Positions 33,305-41,581 of a stretch of 64,000 nt of DNA are shown one piece after another. Numbering within the stretch: position 1 is the first letter of the stretch; each line of letters starts with the position of its first letter. The notes under the pieces are model-generated. The model searched no databases. It was not told the DNA's origin and saw only the letters and a list, made by a program, of their open reading frames with translations. Both the position numbers and the translations under genes were made by a program. The stretch comes from a virus, in the IMG/VR virus record IMGVR_UViG_3300045988_168552. One strand, written 5' to 3'.

Positions 33305-33330
33305 TAGGGAGAGGATAAAAAGAAGAGAAT

Positions 33331-33744
33331 ATGATGACAATAAACAAAGAAATAATCCGGAGGACGAGTTTTTTTCTTCAGGCAATAGTTGAAGGCAAGA
33401 CTATTCAAATGAATGAAGGAGCCGTTTGGAAGGATATAGATATTGACGGGGAAGGAATAGATATTTCTATGCTCATATCGTGCCCATACCTTTACCGCAT
33501 TAAGCCGGAAGTAAAGTACCGTTCTTTTAAGGACAAAAAAGAGTGCTGGGCTGAGATGCAAAAACATCAGCCGTTTGGGTGGATAAAGTGCGAAGAAGGC
33601 TGTTTTAATATCGTTTATGTCACTGACGAATATGTAGGCCTGGCAGATCCCGATGGTAGCTCCATCTTGCTGGCATCAAAAAACAGCTATCAAGACAACA
33701 CCTTTGCAGACGGCACTCCATTTGGTATGAAAGTGGAGGAATAG
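33331..33744 (+). CDS. Hypothetical protein; N-terminal module shared with 41582..42163
   Basis: FLQAIVEGKTIQMNEG..W.DIDIDGEG....YLYRIKPE compares with LLQVLQAIKEGKPVEF...W.DFDPENCDID...KYRIKPRE. Confidence 0.55.
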   Translation: MMTINKEIIRRTSFFLQAIVEGKTIQMNEGAVWKDIDIDGEGIDISMLISCPYLYRIKPEVKYRSFKDKKECWAEMQKHQPFGWIKCEEGCFNIVYVTDEYVGLADPDGSSILLASKNSYQDNTFADGTPFGMKVEE

Positions 33745-33746
33745 TT

Positions 33747-34088
33747 ATGGCACTTGAACAATGCTTAGATTTACAGCTTATACTTCTTGCGGTATTTGTA
33801 ATATCCCTTATCGTGTTGATGGAGCAGATAGCTGAGTATATTTATTTTAAAAAAGATAACAGTATGAAGATAAAAATTATTTCAGTTCGTTTTCCCAGGT
33901 TCTTTAATGTGGAGAGATTACCGAGCTTTACGGATGAAGTGAAGTACTTCATCATGTATAAAAAACATTGGTGGCAGAGATACAGATACTTGAATGACTG
34001 TTTCACCCGCCCTATGAAGTTTGACAGCGCTGATGCAGCAAAAGAATATCTCAAAAAGCAAGGTATAGATTATAAAGGAAAAGCATAA
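33747..34088 (+). CDS. Hypothetical protein with N-terminal hydrophobic helix
   Basis: 113-aa ORF. Confidence 0.45.
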   Translation: MALEQCLDLQLILLAVFVISLIVLMEQIAEYIYFKKDNSMKIKIISVRFPRFFNVERLPSFTDEVKYFIMYKKHWWQRYRYLNDCFTRPMKFDSADAAKEYLKKQGIDYKGKA

Positions 34089-34104
34089 TATTTTTGATTA
34101 GCGT

Positions 34105-34860
34105 ATGGCAGATGAAAGTTTTTTAAAGCAAGCCTACACCCTCGAAGACCTGGCAAACGATATATTCTGGCGAGACCTAAAAGAATTGCCGGCAGATCAG
34201 GTTTATTGGAACCACGGTTTTTGGGCAGAACAGGAGCGGTTGCGTAAGGCTCTCGATGAGGGCGTAGTAATCAATAATGAATGGTACAATGAGGATTTTC
34301 GCATTCCAAGAACTCTGCATCATGGGATGTATGAATATTTGAAAGGTGCAGACGAGTTTCGTTGCAGAGTAGGAGTTGTCTTGTACTATGGTGATAAATT
34401 CACGCAAGATGGTGCGTGTTTGTCCTTCTATTCCGGAGATACGAAATACCAGCAGCGTCCTGCGCCTGATTACGTCGCTCGTTATTTTACTAAAAGAAGA
34501 CAGACTATGACAGAGAAAAAAGTGTTGCCCCTCGTCCTAGAAAAAAAATGGTTTAAGAAAATCGTTTCGGGCGAGAAGACTGAAGAATATCGGGAAATCA
34601 AGAAGTATTGGGCTTCCCGACTGGTAAATCAGCAAGCCGAAAGCGGTGAAGTGTTGTTTGATGAGTTCGGCGGCTATACCACCGTGATAGGCGAGCCGGA
34701 ATATAAACCCTTCACCCACGTCCTATTCTATGCTGGTTACGCAAAAGACCGTCAGGTAGTAGAAAAGAAAATCGAAAGCATCACCATCGGCAAACCGCAG
34801 AAGGGTATGTGTCCGGATGAGTGGCTAGGCAAGGATGTTTTCATCATCAAATTCAAGTAA
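34105..34860 (+). CDS. ASCH (PUA-like) domain protein
   Basis: The C-terminal half VLPLVLEKKWFKKIVSGEKTEEYREIKKYWASRL...HVLFYAGY fits the ASCH pattern. Confidence 0.5.
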   Translation: MADESFLKQAYTLEDLANDIFWRDLKELPADQVYWNHGFWAEQERLRKALDEGVVINNEWYNEDFRIPRTLHHGMYEYLKGADEFRCRVGVVLYYGDKFTQDGACLSFYSGDTKYQQRPAPDYVARYFTKRRQTMTEKKVLPLVLEKKWFKKIVSGEKTEEYREIKKYWASRLVNQQAESGEVLFDEFGGYTTVIGEPEYKPFTHVLFYAGYAKDRQVVEKKIESITIGKPQKGMCPDEWLGKDVFIIKFK

Positions 34861-34864
34861 GCGT

Positions 34865-35002
34865 ATGGCAAAGAAAGAAGAGAAATGCTGTGGCAACTGC
34901 TTTTGGTTCGACAACGAGGATGCTTACGGCCAAGGCTGGTGCATCGATGAGCAATGTGAAACATCCTGCGGCAGTATTTGTGGTAATCACTTAAACAGAT
35001 AA
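34865..35002 (+). CDS. 45-aa Cys-rich peptide (not in the ORF track)
   Basis: MAKKEEKCCGNCFWFDNEDAYGQGWCIDEQCETSCGSICGNHLNR. Bounded by TAAGCGTATG junctions on both sides. Confidence 0.4.
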   Translation: MAKKEEKCCGNCFWFDNEDAYGQGWCIDEQCETSCGSICGNHLNR

Positions 35003-35006
35003 GCGT

Positions 35007-35477
35007 ATGAAAGAAGAAGATTATATTAAGTCATATCCTTATGATACCTACACCGAGCGTGTAGATGCGGATAAGCTGGCAGAAGGTAGAATATACCTTA
35101 TTGAAACGCCGAGAGCTGAGACAAGATTTCTGAGAGCGTATGTTTGCGTAAAGCAGGTTCTTCCTTCTGATGGTGGTATTGTATTGCATTTTGGTATTTA
35201 TATTGAGCGAGCAGGAATGACGGTTCATATTTCTGACCCTCACGCAAAGAATTACCAAAGCGTTGCGTCTTCACGTTGCGCCAATGCTATATATAAAGAT
35301 ATAGGTTTAATGCGATATGATGATTATAATTTCTATATTCCTAGTCAAGATCAGGTAAAGGATGTCCTAGACAACCTTCGCAGTTTGGGCTATATGTTTA
35401 TAGATGATGAAATGAGAAAGATCGACATCGCACCTCTATTTCCGGCGGTTCCATTTTGTATAAAGAATAAAGAATAA
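35007..35477 (+). CDS. Hypothetical protein; C-terminal module shared with 41582..42163
   Basis: EGRIYLIE..YVCVKQ..LHFGIY..FYIPSQDQVKDVLDNLRSLGYMFIDDEMRKI compares with EDRIYLLR..FICVKY..LHFSW..IYHPSLAQVQMLESKLREIGYEFSNGKMQKL. Confidence 0.55.
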   Translation: MKEEDYIKSYPYDTYTERVDADKLAEGRIYLIETPRAETRFLRAYVCVKQVLPSDGGIVLHFGIYIERAGMTVHISDPHAKNYQSVASSRCANAIYKDIGLMRYDDYNFYIPSQDQVKDVLDNLRSLGYMFIDDEMRKIDIAPLFPAVPFCIKNKE

Positions 35478-35494
35478 TAAAAACGTTAAAGATT

Positions 35495-35758
35495 ATGGCA
35501 TGTGATTGTATTAGCAGAGTAGAGAAATTGGTTAAGGCAAAGACTAACGAGAGTGGTTGTCTTGATACAAGTATCGGTGTTCCATCTGGCATTGCGATGG
35601 TAAACATTTATGGTTTGTTCCATAAGCAGAAGAAGGATGGTTCCTTCTGTGAAAAGTGGAACCAGATAAATATCCTCCCCCAGTATTGCCCTTTCTGTGG
35701 CAAGAAGTATGTGGAGGATAAAAAAGAAGATGTTCAACAGGAAGAAAAGGAAAAATAG
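35495..35758 (+). CDS. Small zinc-ribbon-like protein
   Basis: 87 aa with MACDCIS and YCPFCGKKY. Confidence 0.5.
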   Translation: MACDCISRVEKLVKAKTNESGCLDTSIGVPSGIAMVNIYGLFHKQKKDGSFCEKWNQINILPQYCPFCGKKYVEDKKEDVQQEEKEK

Positions 35759-35761
35759 CGT

Positions 35762-35896
35762 ATGAAAGAAAGTCTTAGAGATTATTATTATCACCCGGAA
35801 TTTACAATGGCGGATAAATCATTTATGATGATTCCTACCCCAAAAGACTACGGGCAGTATTTACAGAATAAGCGTAATAGGAGAAGAAAGAAATGA
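35762..35896 (+). CDS. 44-aa basic peptide (not in the ORF track)
   Basis: TAGCGTATG junction at the start and an ATGA overlap with the next ORF at the end. Confidence 0.3.
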   Translation: MKESLRDYYYHPEFTMADKSFMMIPTPKDYGQYLQNKRNRRRKK

Positions 35897-36159
35897 CGTT
35901 AGAGTTATCGATGGAGGAAAAGGTAATCGTAACCGTTCTTTGGGTGTTTACGATATTCTTTATGATGTTTCTTTCCGGAATGTTTGAAGGCAGTCGCGAG
36001 TCAATAAGGGCATCAAATATTCCGCCACCACTACCACCATCGCCCTCTCACTCCCGTTCCCTGCGATTCCATCGCAGACCAAAAATAAAGAGTAATAACA
36101 AAAATAAAAACAAAAAAGATTATGGCAGAAATAACAAAACAACAGAATGTAGAGAATGA
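35893..36159 (+). CDS. Small membrane protein (C-terminal part doubtful)
   Basis: Hydrophobic N-terminus VIVTVLWVFTIFFMMFLSGMF. The frame then runs through repeat copy 8 and A-rich spacer sequence. Confidence 0.35.
   Translation: MTLELSMEEKVIVTVLWVFTIFFMMFLSGMFEGSRESIRASNIPPPLPPSPSHSRSLRFHRRPKIKSNNKNKNKKDYGRNNKTTECRE
36051..36080 (+). repeat. Dispersed hairpin element, copy 8 (42 nt before the ATG at 36122)
   Basis: CTCCCGTTCCCTGCGATTCCATCGCAGACC. The stem CTGCGA/TCGCAG has one A-T pair swapped to T-A relative to consensus. Confidence 0.85.
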
Positions 36160-36427
36160 ATCAGAAGAAGAGGAGTGCGGCAAGCAGATTTTTCAGCTCA
36201 ACCTTTCCTACTATGAGATGAAGGACGACAAGTTCACCGTCAAGGTAACTTGCGAGAAGGATGGCAAGGAGTCTGACCTGAAAATCCTCACCGATGATAA
36301 TTCTATCGGTATGGTGTATGAGGGAATGAAAATCGTCCTTGGTACCGTGGCTCGCTTCTACCTGATGAGCCTTTTGGATAAAGGCGCAATCACCCAGGAG
36401 GAGTACGATAAAATGACGGGTAATTAA
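36122..36427 (+). CDS. Hypothetical acidic protein
   Basis: 101-aa ORF. Its N-terminus MAEITKQQNVENESEEEE is duplicated at 38127. Confidence 0.5.
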   Translation: MAEITKQQNVENESEEEECGKQIFQLNLSYYEMKDDKFTVKVTCEKDGKESDLKILTDDNSIGMVYEGMKIVLGTVARFYLMSLLDKGAITQEEYDKMTGN

Positions 36428-36444
36428 TCGGAAATGATAGATAT

Positions 36445-36612
36445 ATGAAGCAAGAAGAAAAAAGCTCTATTAAGTCTTCATTACCCTGCAAGTCTCAGGA
36501 GTCAGCAGAGGAGTATGATAGTAATGATGTTCCTCTCATTTCTCCTCCGTTGACTCCAAGAGTATTATTGCTACAAATGATACATGTTTTTATAAAGACA
36601 AAAAAGAAATAG
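36445..36612 (+). CDS. 55-aa peptide (not in the ORF track)
   Basis: Ends in a TAGCGTATG junction. The C-terminal 33 aa are duplicated at 38178-38276. Confidence 0.35.
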   Translation: MKQEEKSSIKSSLPCKSQESAEEYDSNDVPLISPPLTPRVLLLQMIHVFIKTKKK

Positions 36613-36615
36613 CGT

Positions 36616-37164
36616 ATGTTGTACGAAGCAAAGAAAGGAACAAAGACTTATGAATACATAAACAGTATTCTTGAAGCCGAATTTGAAGAGTACAAAGCTT
36701 ATATGAAGCGAGTACACGAAGCCGTAGATTTCGAGTTTCAGAAGTACAAAGGTTATCAGCCGAACGGCAGCTTGTTGCGAGAGCACGAGATAATCGCAAT
36801 CTGGGTACCAGCCGAGCAGTATGATACGATGGATAAGAAGCTATGGCGAAAGGTAGATAGCACCACAATCAAGAACGTTCTCCACGTAGCGGTAATGCCT
36901 AACAAGCGTTACAAGTGGGGCAAAAGAGTGGATGCCATCCTTTCCTCTTACAAACCAGTAACAAATCACTGGAAGTTGTTAAAGGCATTGAATGTAAAAG
37001 AGCCTGCATCCAGCAGTTTCTCCATTACTCAGCTCCTCAGTCATAAAGACCGTATCTTTGCCTTCTTTGACGATAGCATCCGAGCCGAGAAGTGCAATCC
37101 TGATTTCAAGGAAATCACGATAGGAGAGTATGAGGATCTTATAAATAGTGATAAAGAAGGGTAG
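36616..37164 (+). CDS. Hypothetical protein, paralog A of 38280..38822
   Basis: MLYEAKKGTKTYEYINSILEAEFEEYKAYMKRV... aligns along its full length with MLYEAKQETKAYEYIKGILDAEFKEHQAYMKRV... Confidence 0.65.
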   Translation: MLYEAKKGTKTYEYINSILEAEFEEYKAYMKRVHEAVDFEFQKYKGYQPNGSLLREHEIIAIWVPAEQYDTMDKKLWRKVDSTTIKNVLHVAVMPNKRYKWGKRVDAILSSYKPVTNHWKLLKALNVKEPASSSFSITQLLSHKDRIFAFFDDSIRAEKCNPDFKEITIGEYEDLINSDKEG

Positions 37165-37167
37165 CGT

Positions 37168-37623
37168 ATGAAGATAAATATGAATCAGGTGAAGGAGAAG
37201 ATTGCAGGCTTTATTTTTGACCTTATCATAGAATCGGGCAGTAAGTCTAAGTTCTTCCGTAAGTACACCAACCATCGCTTCCGTAAGCAGTACGAACGAT
37301 TGAAGGATGATTCCTATTTTCATCAGTATAAACGCAACAGCGATTTAGAAAAAGTGAATAGTAAGCTGCATGAAAAGATCAGCGCTTTAAACTACAGACT
37401 TCGCTCTATTTATGATGCGGTGAAAGTCGTAGCCACGGAGTACCCTAAGAACATCCCGTGCCCTCACGGAGAAAAGGATGAAGTAAACGATTGCCCTGTC
37501 AGAACAGATTCCACTGAATGCTGGTGCTGCCCAGGTTTCGTATGTAGAATACCTGAAAAAGGTACCATCATTTGTTGGAATGAGAACTTTGAACAGAGTG
37601 AGGATTTAGAAAAGAAGGAGTAG
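37168..37623 (+). CDS. Hypothetical protein with Cys-rich C-terminus
   Basis: 151-aa ORF with CPHGEKDEVNDCPVRTDSTECWCCPGFVC. Confidence 0.55.
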   Translation: MKINMNQVKEKIAGFIFDLIIESGSKSKFFRKYTNHRFRKQYERLKDDSYFHQYKRNSDLEKVNSKLHEKISALNYRLRSIYDAVKVVATEYPKNIPCPHGEKDEVNDCPVRTDSTECWCCPGFVCRIPEKGTIICWNENFEQSEDLEKKE

Positions 37624-37626
37624 AGT

Positions 37627-38040
37627 ATGGAAATAAAAGATTATAAGTTTAAGGCAAAAAGTATTGAAGATTCCAGATACCATCCTGCAAAAGGCTCCTG
37701 GGTTATCGGTTGTTTCTATTATGACAACGAGAATGCTTATATCCGTCATCCTTACAAGGTAGATAAGAACGGCAGACCTACGTCATATATGAGCACAAGA
37801 GTTGATCCTGATACGCTTTGTCAATATACCGGAATGAAGGATAAAAACGGTGTAGAGATATATGAGTACGATTTGTTGTCATGTGAGGATCATACTAAAC
37901 TTCGCTTATTTTGTAACACGTGCCTTCCTTGTCTAGATGATACTGTAGTCTTTTTGCAGTTATCATCTGAATCAAGTGTACAAAATGCTGAGGTGTATGG
38001 TAACATCTTTGATGATCACTACATTAGAGCGCCCCGATAG
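37627..38040 (+). CDS. YopX-family protein
   Basis: LCQYTGMKDKNGVEIYEYDLL matches the YopX core (qyTGlkDknGkeIyEgD). Confidence 0.65.
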   Translation: MEIKDYKFKAKSIEDSRYHPAKGSWVIGCFYYDNENAYIRHPYKVDKNGRPTSYMSTRVDPDTLCQYTGMKDKNGVEIYEYDLLSCEDHTKLRLFCNTCLPCLDDTVVFLQLSSESSVQNAEVYGNIFDDHYIRAPR

Positions 38041-38053
38041 ACGTTGCCCTCTC

Positions 38054-38084
38054 GCCCCCGTTCCCAGCGATTCCATCGCAGGTC
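38054..38084 (+). repeat. Dispersed hairpin element, copy 9 (43 nt before the ATG at 38127)
   Basis: GCCCCCGTTCCCAGCGATTCCATCGCAGGTC. One A.A mismatch in the stem. Confidence 0.85.
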
Positions 38085-38126
38085 AAAAGTAAAGAGTAAT
38101 AACGAAAATAAAAACAAAAAAAGATT

Positions 38127-38276
38127 ATGGCAGAAAAAACAATGTTACAGAATGTAGAGAATGAATCAGAAGAGGAGTATGATTGTAATGATGTTCCTCT
38201 CATTTCTCCTCCGTTGATTCCAAGAGTATTATTGCTAAAAATGATACATGTTTTTATAAAGACAAAAAAGAAATAG
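38127..38276 (+). CDS. 49-aa fusion peptide (N-terminus of the 36122 ORF type joined to the C-terminus of the 36445 ORF type)
   Basis: MAEKTMLQNVENESEEEYDCNDVPLISPPLIPRVLLLKMIHVFIKTKKK. Ends in a TAGCGTATG junction. Confidence 0.35.
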   Translation: MAEKTMLQNVENESEEEYDCNDVPLISPPLIPRVLLLKMIHVFIKTKKK

Positions 38277-38279
38277 CGT

Positions 38280-38822
38280 ATGTTGTACGAAGCAAAACAA
38301 GAAACAAAGGCGTACGAATACATTAAAGGTATTCTCGATGCTGAATTTAAAGAACATCAAGCCTACATGAAACGAGTAGAAGAAGCCGTAGGCTTCGAGT
38401 TTGAAAAATATCAGGGCTATCAGCCTAACAGAACTCTCACAAGAGAGTACGAGATTACTGCTATATGGGTTCTTTCTGAGCGTTACGATACACTAGATAA
38501 GAAGGTGTGGAAGAAGATAGACGGTGTAAAATTGGAGGACGGTTACTATGTAGCTATTGCGCCTAATAAGCGATATAAGCAAGGCAAGGCAATAGCCTCC
38601 GTTCTTCTCTCCTATAAATCAGTTGCTAACCATTTCAAGGTAATGAAGGAACTGAATATAGAAGTCCCTCAAACTAGCCGTTTCTCTATTACTCAGCTCC
38701 TCCGTCATAAAGACCGCATTTTCGTTTACTTTGATGACAGCATCCGAGCCGAGAAAAAAAATCCTGATTTCAAGGAAATCACGATAGGAGAGTATGAGGA
38801 TTTCGTTAATAGCAAAGATTAG
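38280..38822 (+). CDS. Hypothetical protein, paralog B of 36616..37164
   Basis: Full-length similarity to 36616..37164, including the C-terminal SIRAEK.NPDFKEITIGEYED. Confidence 0.65.
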   Translation: MLYEAKQETKAYEYIKGILDAEFKEHQAYMKRVEEAVGFEFEKYQGYQPNRTLTREYEITAIWVLSERYDTLDKKVWKKIDGVKLEDGYYVAIAPNKRYKQGKAIASVLLSYKSVANHFKVMKELNIEVPQTSRFSITQLLRHKDRIFVYFDDSIRAEKKNPDFKEITIGEYEDFVNSKD

Positions 38823-38827
38823 AGCGT

Positions 38828-39622
38828 ATGGAAACAAATGATTATGTAAGCATCATCAAGAATATGCTAAAGTTTAGTAATATGGTGGAATGCGTTTATC
38901 CCGACCAATACAAGTTTGTCTGTCATCTGCATAATATTCAGGAGCGTGAAGCGATGGATATGTACGGTGATCTACGTAAGATAGCTTCGGGTCAGTATTG
39001 GAGTATCAACGATAAGAAGGACGGGTATCTTTATTCCATGATAAACATGGCGTTGGAAGCTAGTAAGATTCAAGTCTTCAACTCTCTCATCAAAGATACC
39101 GCAGCCATTGGCGAGGATAGAAAGCCAAATATCCTTGCATTCTTTAAAAGAGGCGATGAGCGTTTTCAGCAGGAGTTTAATTTGCAATGGCAGGTTGCAT
39201 ATCTTGATATAGCCGAAATGATAAAGAACGGCTATACGCTAACGGCTACCGCCCGCCAGGTAGATAATGTTGATGCCAAAGATTACGTAGGCGAGAATAA
39301 TAACAAGAAATCATATATTCCTATTTACGATGGCGATGTAATGCTTTGCTATGTAAGAAACCCGAAATGGTGGAGTTCTGATTGCGAGAACAGCGGTCTG
39401 TATCTCTGTAAAGATGGCGTTTACTATCGTCTCATTTATACCCCAGGTAAAGGTTATATCAGACACGGTGAGCCTGATACTGACGAAGCCTTCGAGTTGG
39501 ATATTGAGGAGAATGCCTTCAGCAGCTATGTGATGACTCTCAGTCAGAAGTGGTATAAGCTTGGTAATATCCACGCTGGTATCGGATTCTTAATTGAAAA
39601 ACCAGAAGATAAAGACGAATAG
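38828..39622 (+). CDS. Hypothetical protein
   Basis: 264-aa ORF. Confidence 0.6.
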   Translation: METNDYVSIIKNMLKFSNMVECVYPDQYKFVCHLHNIQEREAMDMYGDLRKIASGQYWSINDKKDGYLYSMINMALEASKIQVFNSLIKDTAAIGEDRKPNILAFFKRGDERFQQEFNLQWQVAYLDIAEMIKNGYTLTATARQVDNVDAKDYVGENNNKKSYIPIYDGDVMLCYVRNPKWWSSDCENSGLYLCKDGVYYRLIYTPGKGYIRHGEPDTDEAFELDIEENAFSSYVMTLSQKWYKLGNIHAGIGFLIEKPEDKDE

Positions 39623-39625
39623 CGT

Positions 39626-40603
39626 ATGGAAATAGAAACGAAAGAAACTCCCGTAAAGGGAGCATTGATTTATCAGCCGCAGGGTGCGGCTGGTGAATAT
39701 GCCAAATGGGCAATCAATCTATACCATGGTTGCTCTAACGGTTGCACGTATTGTTATAACCGCAGAGGGGTGTTGAGCCATGTCTTCGGTGATAAGCCGG
39801 AACTGGCAGCACCTATCATCAAGCAGCGAGATAAGTTGCTCAATGAATATCTGAAGAAAAACAATATGACTGCACATGATGCTATTAAGAAAGGTGTTGT
39901 AAACCATGAAAGTCTTGTTGCTGCCCGTGATCTTATCTCGAAGGATCTAGAGAAGATAGGAATAGATAAAATACGTCAGGATGGCGGTATCTTTTTCTCT
40001 TTCACCTGCGACCCATTCGATATAGAGGCAGATATGTTTATCCTGCAGCAGGTGGTTTTACATTTGCTATTTGATCGTATTCCAGTCACGATATTAACAA
40101 AAAACGTGCATTGGATGCAGACGGGTTTGTGGAAGAGTACACTTCGAGACCTTACAACAGATTATAAGGATATAGCTCGCTACCTCACCATCGGTTTTAC
40201 TATTACCGGTAAAGATAAGCTGGAGCCTGGCGCTCCTTCTACCGAGGAACGTATCGAAGCTTTGCGTGAACTGCACGACAAATACGTGGTTAAGAACTTT
40301 GTGTCTTTAGAGCCAATAACGAGTATTCATACCGCATCGGAAGTAATCAAGAAAACATATCAGATTACGGACGAGATACGTATTGGTGTCCAGTCGCCTA
40401 TCAAGAAGGACAGATATGATCCGAACGAGTTTACTGGTTTCGTTATCGCGGTTAAAACCCTGGCACGCGGTCTTGATTGCCGTTTCATGGTAAAGGATAG
40501 TATGTATAAGCTGGCTGAAACTTTTGAAGGTGCTTATAGAGATTTGTGTGTTACAAAACTTGATGAGATAAGAGAAATTTATGCAACAAAAAGTAAAGAA
40601 TAA
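39626..40603 (+). CDS. Radical SAM enzyme
   Basis: CxxxCxxC cluster motif GCSNGCTYCYN near the N-terminus. 325 aa. Confidence 0.75.
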   Translation: MEIETKETPVKGALIYQPQGAAGEYAKWAINLYHGCSNGCTYCYNRRGVLSHVFGDKPELAAPIIKQRDKLLNEYLKKNNMTAHDAIKKGVVNHESLVAARDLISKDLEKIGIDKIRQDGGIFFSFTCDPFDIEADMFILQQVVLHLLFDRIPVTILTKNVHWMQTGLWKSTLRDLTTDYKDIARYLTIGFTITGKDKLEPGAPSTEERIEALRELHDKYVVKNFVSLEPITSIHTASEVIKKTYQITDEIRIGVQSPIKKDRYDPNEFTGFVIAVKTLARGLDCRFMVKDSMYKLAETFEGAYRDLCVTKLDEIREIYATKSKE

Positions 40604-40607
40604 AATT

Positions 40608-41297
40608 ATGAAAAGTAAATTGAAGTATTACGCCCAGGTTATCGCTGTTAACCTGTTGGCATTTTTGGTACCCGTTTTAGCCGTTGCCCTTATCTATGTT
40701 CTCGGCAAGTTGAAGAACATCTGTTCCCATCCTTGCATTCTGTCGCAGGAGATATACGATTGCTGCCTGGAGGCAACCATCGTGGTATTGGCTGGTTTCT
40801 CCGTAGGTTTTTGGCTTCTCTCCTGGGCTGATAGCTGGAGAAAGACAAAGCTTATGGCTTTAAAGTTAAGGCATCGATGTAAACGTGAAGAAGAAAAAAT
40901 AGCCTCTAAAATTTTTTTTGCTATGGGTGTAGATCCTGCAAAAGGTAGAGTAGAGCCTAAAGTGGATATGGCAGAGCAGAAGAATACGCCTGCGCTTGGC
41001 GATTCCGAGTTTGAGGATATTTCCGGATTGACGGTTAAAGAGATTTATCATCTCTATCACGGTCGTCAAGTTCTGATTACGGCTGGTAAGGCGAAGGGAA
41101 ATTTTCTCGGCCGTCTTGCTGGCTATGACAATGAAGGTTCTATTCTTTACATAGGTTTCACTCAATACTGCCTGGGTTCTTACTCCCTGGATGAAATAAA
41201 CGCTATGCGTGATACAAATCCAGAGGTTAGCTATGTAGAACCAGGATATAAAGGTTACGATTGCTATATCCCTAGTCTCATCCGTATTCATAAGTAA
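40608..41297 (+). CDS. Membrane protein
   Basis: Start set at the ATG at 40608, after the radical SAM stop. Hydrophobic helices VIAVNLLAFLVPVLAVALIYVL and ATIVVLAGFSVGFWLL. Confidence 0.55.
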   Translation: MKSKLKYYAQVIAVNLLAFLVPVLAVALIYVLGKLKNICSHPCILSQEIYDCCLEATIVVLAGFSVGFWLLSWADSWRKTKLMALKLRHRCKREEEKIASKIFFAMGVDPAKGRVEPKVDMAEQKNTPALGDSEFEDISGLTVKEIYHLYHGRQVLITAGKAKGNFLGRLAGYDNEGSILYIGFTQYCLGSYSLDEINAMRDTNPEVSYVEPGYKGYDCYIPSLIRIHK

Positions 41298-41315
41298 TGG
41301 TATAAAGCTTAGATT

Positions 41316-41579
41316 ATGACAACAGCAGAAGAGGCAAGAAGAAAAACCCTTAACGCCATCAAGGAGATATATGAAGACCAGCTCGAATTAGTAGATGCAA
41401 TCATCCGTCGTGCTTGTGATGATTTAAAGTATGAAGATACTGTAACGTTCGATAGTGATGAAGACAGAAGTAACGTAAGGTTATATCTTGATGAACTCGG
41501 TTATGAAACCTGGTGTGGGGTAGATGGTGAGTGTAAGTTGACTATCTCATGGCGACATGAAAGAAGTAATAAAAAATAG
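41316..41579 (+). CDS. Hypothetical protein
   Basis: 87-aa ORF. Confidence 0.5.
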   Translation: MTTAEEARRKTLNAIKEIYEDQLELVDAIIRRACDDLKYEDTVTFDSDEDRSNVRLYLDELGYETWCGVDGECKLTISWRHERSNKK

Positions 41580-41581
41580 TT

